Shown one piece after another: positions 7,920 through 13,948 of a stretch of DNA of 13,948 bases. Source of the DNA: Octopus sinensis (Eukaryota). The stretch's first letter is position 1. Every line of letters begins with the position of its first letter. The stretch spans positions 1 to 13,948 of the forward strand of contig NW_021825974.1 in the NCBI RefSeq assembly GCF_006345805.1. Direction: 5' to 3'. A program made the translations under genes and the position numbers. The notes under the pieces were generated by a model. The model was not told the DNA's origin. It worked only from the letters and a program-made list of their open reading frames with translations, and made no database searches.

Positions 7920-8039
7920 CGACCTCGAAAGGATGAAAGACAAAGTCGACCTCGGCGGAATTTGAACTCAGAAGGCGAAGACGGACGAGATGCCGCTAAG
8001 CATTTCGTCGATTCTGCGAGTTCAGCAATTATAATAATC

Positions 8040-8215
8040 CTTTCCAGTATAACAACAAAGGCTAAATTTTTGTGGAAGGGTATTAGTCAATTACATCGAC
8101 CCCAGTGTTCAACTGCTACTTATTTTATCCACCCCGAAAGGCGGAATTTGATCTCACAACGTAAAGAGCCGGAAGAAATGTCGCTAAGTATTTTATCCAG
8201 TACGGTAACGATTCT
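8040..8215 (-). mobile_element. SINE family 2, diverged copy with internal deletion
   Basis: gtcaattacatcgaccccagtg...ccccgaaagg|cggaatttga lacks the atgaaaggcaaagtcgacctc segment found in other copies. Confidence 0.8.
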
Positions 8216-8261
8216 AATTTTGACGCAAAGCGAAGAATTTTGAAGGCATCACCTTGTCCCC

Positions 8262-8395
8262 GGTCCTTAACGGGTACTTATTTTATCAACCCCGAAAGGA
8301 TGAAAAGCATAATCGACCTTTGTAGCGTTTGAACACAGAAGGTAAAGAATTGGAAGAAATGCCGCCGAACAGTTTTTGCTGCGTGCTATCGATTC
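8262..8395 (-). mobile_element. SINE family 2, old partial copy
   Basis: ggtacttattttatcaaccccgaaaggatgaaaagcataatcgacc...tttgaacacagaa. Confidence 0.75.
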
Positions 8396-8600
8396 ATTTC
8401 TACTCTAGACACAGTGCCCGAAATTTTGGGGGGAGGAGACTAGTCAATTAGATCGACCGCAATACGTAACTGGTGCTTAATTTATCGACCCTGAAAGGAT
8501 GAAAGGCAAAGTCGACCTCGGCGGAATTTGAACTCAGAACAGACGAAATAACGCTAAGCATTTCGCCCGGTGTGCTAACGTTTCTGTCAACTCGTCGCCT
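8396..8600 (-). mobile_element. SINE family 2, near full length, tail type a
   Basis: Ends at tttctgtcaactcgtcgcct, the reverse complement of the aggcg(a/g)cgag head; the core is intact. Confidence 0.88.
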
Positions 8601-8645
8601 GTTCGTGAAATTAGCCTGTTTGTGCGTGTGGCTGAGTACTCCACA

Positions 8646-8646
8646 G

Positions 8647-8678
<32 letters not shown>

Positions 8679-8953
8679 GTATACATACATACATATGCAT
8701 ATATATATATATATATATACATATATATATACATATATACATTTGTATATGTATATATGTATATATATGTATGTATATATATGTATATATATGTATATAT
8801 TTATATATACATATACACATATACATATACATGAATATATATATACATATATACATATATATATACATACATATATACATATACGTATATAATTATACAT
8901 ATATACATATATATGTATATACATATACATGTACACACACACACACACACACA

Positions 8954-9043
<90 letters not shown>

Positions 9044-9052
9044 CATTTATAT
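8646..9052. repeat. (TA/TACA)n and long (CA)n microsatellite
   Basis: Direct reading; nearly pure (CA)n at about 8932-9032. Confidence 0.95.
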
Positions 9053-9203
9053 AAACCAGAGACTGACTGCAGCTATCACATATAGTAAACGAAGGAAGAA
9101 ACGGAAAAAAAGACTTAATATAATTAAAGACGATTAAATTGTTTCGTGTCGGAGGGTTTATAAAAGGTCATGGGCGGTGCTCCTCCTTCCAGTGTAAGCA
9201 TGT

Positions 9204-9632
9204 AGGGACAGGCATGATTGTTTTGTTAAGAAGTCGCTTCCGACCTCATGGTTTCGGGTTCCGTCTCACCACGTGGCACCTTCGGTAAAAATTTGCTACT
9301 ATGGCCCCGGGCAGCAAAGACTTGCGAGTGAATTTTGGTGACGGAAACTGAAAGAAGCCCGTCGAATATATTTGTGTGTGTGTGTGTTGTTTGCATGCGT
9401 GTCATTGTGTCTGTGTTTTTTGTTTCCCCACACCGCTTGACAACCGGTGCTGGTTTGTTTACGTCCTTGCAACTTAGCTTCGGCAAAAGAGGATGATAGA
9501 ATAAATACCAGACTTAAAAGCCAAGACAAATAAATGATGGATTCAATTGATTCTACCAACAAAACAAAAAAGCACAGCGGTGCTACAGCATGGTCGCGGT
9601 CTAGCGACTGAAATGAATAAAAGACAAAAAAA
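9204..9632 (+). mobile_element. SINE family 1, older diverged copy
   Basis: gacggaaactgaaagaagcccgtcg, cgcttgacaaccggtgctgg and gcggtgctacagcatggtcgcgg all match 6519-6902. Confidence 0.8.
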
Positions 9633-9860
9633 AATTATAGAAAGAATAAAATTAGGAGAAAAAATCTGCTGAGAGAGACGCCAGAGGAAACCCACTTTGG
9701 CCGCTTAACACCAAGAGGAGTGGCATGAGATTGCTGATGTGGAAAATTAACATTTTTATGTTTTCTTGGTCCTATTCTTATTTTATATAATGAAAACATG
9801 TATTGATTGGCTAATGTACATATATATATATGTATATTGATTAGTTATAATTTTCAATAG

Positions 9861-9977
9861 AATCCAGGCACCTGAACACGGAGGGCGCCAGCAATGGTTA
9901 GGTTCAATAAACAATTGGTTCACAGTGAGATTAAACATCCATGAAGGCTTTAGGTGTCTGTGGGATACTACAGATAT
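9861..9977 (+). CDS. Candidate short exon (IQAPEHGGRQQWLGSINNWFTVRLNIHEGFRCLWDTTD), unverified
   Basis: ttttcaatAG acceptor (9860), GTAAGT donor (9978) and one open frame. It is on the opposite strand to the 394-733 exon and a minus frame is also open, so it may be chance. Confidence 0.3.
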
Positions 9978-10124
9978 GTAAGTATCAAATACAATTTAAT
10001 CCGTAGAATCGATCAGGGTTGGTTCAAGGTGCGGCGTGGGTATAAAGAAAGGAACACCATTTGCACTCTTTTTTATTCATAGTTACATAAATGTGGGGTG
10101 GGGGGTTGCCTCCACTACCACCAA

Positions 10125-10235
10125 GCATGAGTACTAGGCTTATAAAGCAAGTACTGGTGCCAATATTTTCGTCTAAACTCTTCAAGGCGGTACCCCAGCT
10201 TGGCCGCCGCTCAACGGCTACAACAAATAAAAGAT
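10125..10235 (+). mobile_element. 3' fragment of SINE family 1
   Basis: agtactaggcttataaag...aaggcggtaccccagcttggccg matches 6833-6902. Confidence 0.65.
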
Positions 10236-10476
10236 TAACAGTATAACAAGCAAGTATATTATAAGCTAGGTTACTGTTTCAGCTACGGTCAACAGATGTC
10301 GAGCAGACTTATGACGTTCCAGCAATGGCCATCCCACTTATTTGTGTGTGTATATATTTGTTTTGTGGGGGCAAATAACCAAACCATTTCATTTTTTCTT
10401 GCTTTGCCGTTTTCTCTTTTTTTTTGTCTGTCAGAATATAGTGCGCAATTTCAACAGAATTTCACTCTTATTTCTA

Positions 10477-10993
10477 ATTTCTTATTTCTTTATTGCCCAC
10501 AAGGGGCTAAACATAGAGGGAGCAAACAAGGACAGACAAAGGGATTAAGTCGATTACATCGACCCCAGTGCGTAACTGGTACTTAATTTATCGACCCCGA
10601 AAGGAGGAAAGGCAAAGTCGACCTCGGCGGAATTTGAACTGAGAATGTAGCGGTACACGAAATACCTATTTATTTGTTACCCACAAGGGGCTAAACATAG
10701 AGGAGACAAACATGGACAGACATAGGTATTAAGTCGATTATATCGATCCCAGTGCGTAACTGGTACTTAATTTATCGACCCCGAAAGGAGGAAAGGCAAA
10801 GTCGACCTCGGCGGAATTTGAACTGAGAATGTAGCGGTACACGAAATACCGCTAAGCATTTCGCCCGGCGTGCTAACGATTCTTATTTCTTTATTGCCCG
10901 CAAGGGGCTAAACATAGAGGGAACAAATAGGGATAAAAGGATTCAGTCAATTACGTCGACCCCACTGCGTAACGATTCTGCTAGCTCGCCGCC
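10477..10993 (-). mobile_element. Compound (nested) SINE family 2 with tail type b, flanked by a 17-bp TSD
   Basis: TTTCACTCTTATTTCTA at 10460-10476 and 10994-11010. Three tail segments start at about 10481, 10667 and 10882, and there is one head ending ctagctcgccgcc (10993). Confidence 0.92.
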
Positions 10994-11164
10994 TTTCACT
11001 CTTATTTCTAGCAGGTAGACGACCTGTATATAAGCTTTCTAGGTACTACGGCCACCGGTTGTTAAGTTATGGAAATATATTCACCCGATGTAACCAGTAA
11101 ACGCTGAGCGCTCCATGTCTATGAAAAAACGTTGTTTTCAAAGCTACAAGTGCTATAGAGTGCT

Positions 11165-11456
11165 GAGTGTGTGTGTGTGTGAATGTGTGACTGTGTGTGC
11201 GTGTGAGTATATATGTATTATGTATATGCATATATGTATGTATTTACATATATACATACATACATTTATAATAAATGCATACGTTCATATACATTGATCA
11301 TACATATGTATATATTTACACACCACACACAACATATATATATATATATATATATTATAATATATATAATATATATATAATATATATATGATATACATAT
11401 ATATATTATATATATATTATATATATATAATATATATGTTTGTGTGTATATATATG

Positions 11457-11489
<33 letters not shown>

Positions 11490-11520
11490 TATATACTATT
11501 TGTATGTATGTATGTAGTCT
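11165..11520. repeat. (TG)n / (TA)n microsatellite cluster
   Basis: Direct reading. Confidence 0.9.
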
Positions 11521-11809
11521 GTATCTGCAAAGATAGGGAATAACATGCATATATGCACATATATTGTACCAGAAACTATTTCAGAAAACTATTAAAAACG
11601 CACTCTCTCAACTCCGCAATTATTTACAGCGACAGGCGCGGATATACTGACACACACGCACACGTACACACACATACACGCATAAAAATGCACGCACACA
11701 CACACACACACACTAAGTGAAAAACACATACACATATACTCACGTGCAAATCGTTAAAATATTGTACTGTGTATATAGAGAGAGATGGCTGCAAACATAA
11801 AACAAGAGA

Positions 11810-11818
11810 GAGACAGAC

Positions 11819-11853
<35 letters not shown>

Positions 11854-11940
11854 GGCAGGCAGGCAGACAGACAGACAGATGGAGAGAAAGAGACAGAGCG
11901 AGGTAAAGAGGGAGTAAGAAAGAGAGAGGGAGAGAGAGAG
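11810..11940. repeat. (CAGA)n and (GA)n tract
   Basis: Direct reading. Confidence 0.9.
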
Positions 11941-12059
11941 AGTGCACAACAGAGAGGACATTGAGATGCAAGCACTGAGAGATTCAGAATATATCTATAT
12001 ACACATATACATCTGTATACCCAAACACAGATACATTTGTATATACATTTACGCGCGCC

Positions 12060-12440
12060 CACACACACACACACACACACCACACACACACCCATATTCC
12101 TATATTATATACCTTAACTATGTTTATGCATATGTACCATATTTATATTACATATACAATATATATATTATATATATTATTATATATATATCATTGTATT
12201 ATATATATATAGAGGAGAGAGAGAGAGAGAAGAGAGATGCGTGAGTGTGTGTATCTATATATATGTATATATATAATATATATATATATATATAATATAT
12301 ATATATATGCATGCATATATACATACACACACACTAAAACAGCTTGGTCCTGAACAGAATGCCTGATGAAAACACAATACATATTGGTAATATATATATA
12401 TTATTATATATATATAATATATATATATATATACATATAT
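12060..12440. repeat. (CA)n, (TA)n and (GA)n microsatellite cluster
   Basis: Direct reading. Confidence 0.85.
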
Positions 12441-12499
12441 ATATAATTTTAGGTATGGTTAAGTTAGAATGTAGTAATGCACTACTGAAACACCTTCCC

Positions 12500-12567
12500 A
12501 TCTCTCTCTTTCTCTCTCTCTAGTTCTCTTTCTCTCTCTTTTCTCTCTTTCCCTCTGTCTCTCTCTG

Positions 12568-12605
<38 letters not shown>
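12500..12605. repeat. (CT)n tract
   Basis: Direct reading. Confidence 0.95.
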
Positions 12606-12699
12606 GGGGCACAAAGAGAGAAAGGTGAGACGTGACAGGCGATGTGCTGAGCAGTCTAGAGTACAATGCTATTGTGTTCTATTGCATTGTACAATATAC

Positions 12700-12900
12700 A
12701 TAAATATATATGCAATGTGCATATATGTATGTATGTATGTTTGTATGCATGTATGTATGCATGTATGTATGTATGTATGTATGTGCGTATGTATGTGTGT
12801 ATGTGTGTATATATATAATAATATAATATATAAATATATGCATATATACATACATATATGTACATACCTGCATATATATGTATATATACATGCATATATG
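12700..12900. repeat. (TATG)n / (TA)n microsatellite
   Basis: Direct reading. Confidence 0.9.
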
Positions 12901-13099
12901 GGTACAGGGCATCATCAAAAATGTTGAACACAATGAGAAACGAAAACATAAAAACAAAAACATAGAAACGAACTTTTTTTCGAACAGCGAAAAAAACAGA
13001 GAAACGAGACATACAACATAAAAAATATTCCCCTTCATCAGTTGTCTCTGTTTCATCTACTCCGCGTTATGCATATATTTATATATTTTTATATCATTA

Positions 13100-13476
13100 C
13101 TAGCAGTATCAGCCGGCGTTGCTCGGTTTGTAAGGAAATAACTATATAAGCATTTTAGAGATGTAAAGTATAATAGCCATCTCAATATGGTTAACCACAA
13201 AGGGGGGGGGGTGTTACTGTAGCTTTTTATGTTTCTGAGATTTAATAATACATTTTTAGAGAGTTACTTCCTTATATATGCCAAAAATGCATTAAAAATT
13301 GGAAAAATTGATGGTAATTTTTTTTTTAAATCGTGGACTCGATATGAAGGGCTCGATATGAATCACGACTATAAGATACCCGGTTTTTGTTAAAATGCAC
13401 CGCAAAATGTGGGAGTAGTTAGGAATCTAAATCGTAGGAGACAGACAGCACACAACCTCACTTTTATATATAAAGA
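13100..13476 (-). mobile_element. Non-autonomous Helitron (377 bp)
   Basis: The minus strand starts A|TCTTTATATATAAAAG (13477|13476) and ends with an imperfect GC hairpin ccgagcaacgccgg (13126-13113), a 9-nt spacer and CTAG|T (13103-13100|13099). It sits between A and T with no TSD, all diagnostic of Helitrons. Confidence 0.8.
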
Positions 13477-13948
13477 TATGATCGAACGTCACGCATCATT
13501 TTCCAAGTAAATATATATGTATGAGCGATGTAAGGACTTAACGTCTTCAGTTCAAGTAATTTCATTTTCTAAATCTGAAGAAGGCTACTCTTAACTTTAA
13601 CTTAACTGCCAAGATGGACGCTACCCTGTTAGCATGTTTGGCGGTCCAACTTACCCACGAGAATACTAGCATTCTGTCCAAGAGGTTTTTCGTCATACGT
13701 TCACGTAAAACATAAAAAGTAATCTAGAATTGTGTTAGCTTCTTATGAACTGCACAGACTTACCATGGTTTATGAGGACTCATTTTTACCTTTTCTAGTA
13801 ACATTTCTACACAATCGTAGCCACGCACAAGTCACCAGTGGACAAGCGTCATACCTTCAGCTTTATTACCTGGGTCATAAATCCCTCCCCAAAATGCATA
13901 TTTAATTTATTTCTATTTACATCTTTTACGAAATCCTAAAACAAGGGC

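Larger units (their letters stand above)
7621..8030 (-). mobile_element. SINE family 2, tail type a with (AAT)n end, interrupted by a ~220-bp fold-back and microsatellite insertion
   Basis: The tail ctttctactaaaggcacatagcctgaaattttggggg (7640-7677) resumes as atcgacctcgaaaggatgaaagacaaagtcgacctcggcggaatttgaactcag at about 7918. Confidence 0.85.

Noticed and set aside
6852-7965. Poly-Val/His/Thr/Pro/Gly ORFs resembling mucins or extensins
   Set aside because: They are trinucleotide GGT/CAC tracts open in several frames on both strands, with no splice support; one interrupts a SINE.
10030-10050. gcgtggg followed by TATAAA as a promoter
   Set aside because: Single short matches with no downstream exon or ORF to anchor them.
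10477-10993. Repeat-spacer-like periodicity suggestive of a CRISPR array
   Set aside because: The context is eukaryotic, the units are 100-180-bp SINE segments and there are no cas genes.
12337-12385. CTGATGA at 12363-12369 as a hammerhead core
   Set aside because: No stem II or properly spaced GAAA follows.
135-13056. Dozens of ORFs rich in Y/I/H/T/C/V/M
   Set aside because: They are translations of TA, CA, TACA, CT and GA microsatellites, which lack stop codons by construction.

Overview
AT-rich, microsatellite-saturated eukaryotic DNA, almost certainly from an octopus (coleoid cephalopod). That assignment is inferred from recalled repeat families, not from a database search. Most of the window looks like intron or intergenic sequence. 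It has one well-supported coding exon (394-733, minus strand, 113 codons + 1 nt, canonical splice sites, protein not recognised). At least three tRNA-derived SINE families are present in about 15 full or partial copies, with central domains resembling CORE, V and Meta types. There are also one clean and one degenerate non-autonomous Helitron, a probable LINE 3' end, Penelope-type minimal hammerhead-like motifs and many simple repeats. Nearly all ORFs in the track are microsatellite or SINE artefacts. I see no clear new gene system. The most unusual signals are mechanistic footprints of retroposition and repair: a three-layer nested SINE with a 17-bp and a 10-bp TSD and a perfect 103-bp internal duplication (10460-11010), two 18-bp perfect fold-backs at SINE breakpoints each followed by a (GGT)n tract, tail swapping within one SINE family, and a ~100-bp higher-order repeat built from (TACA)n.
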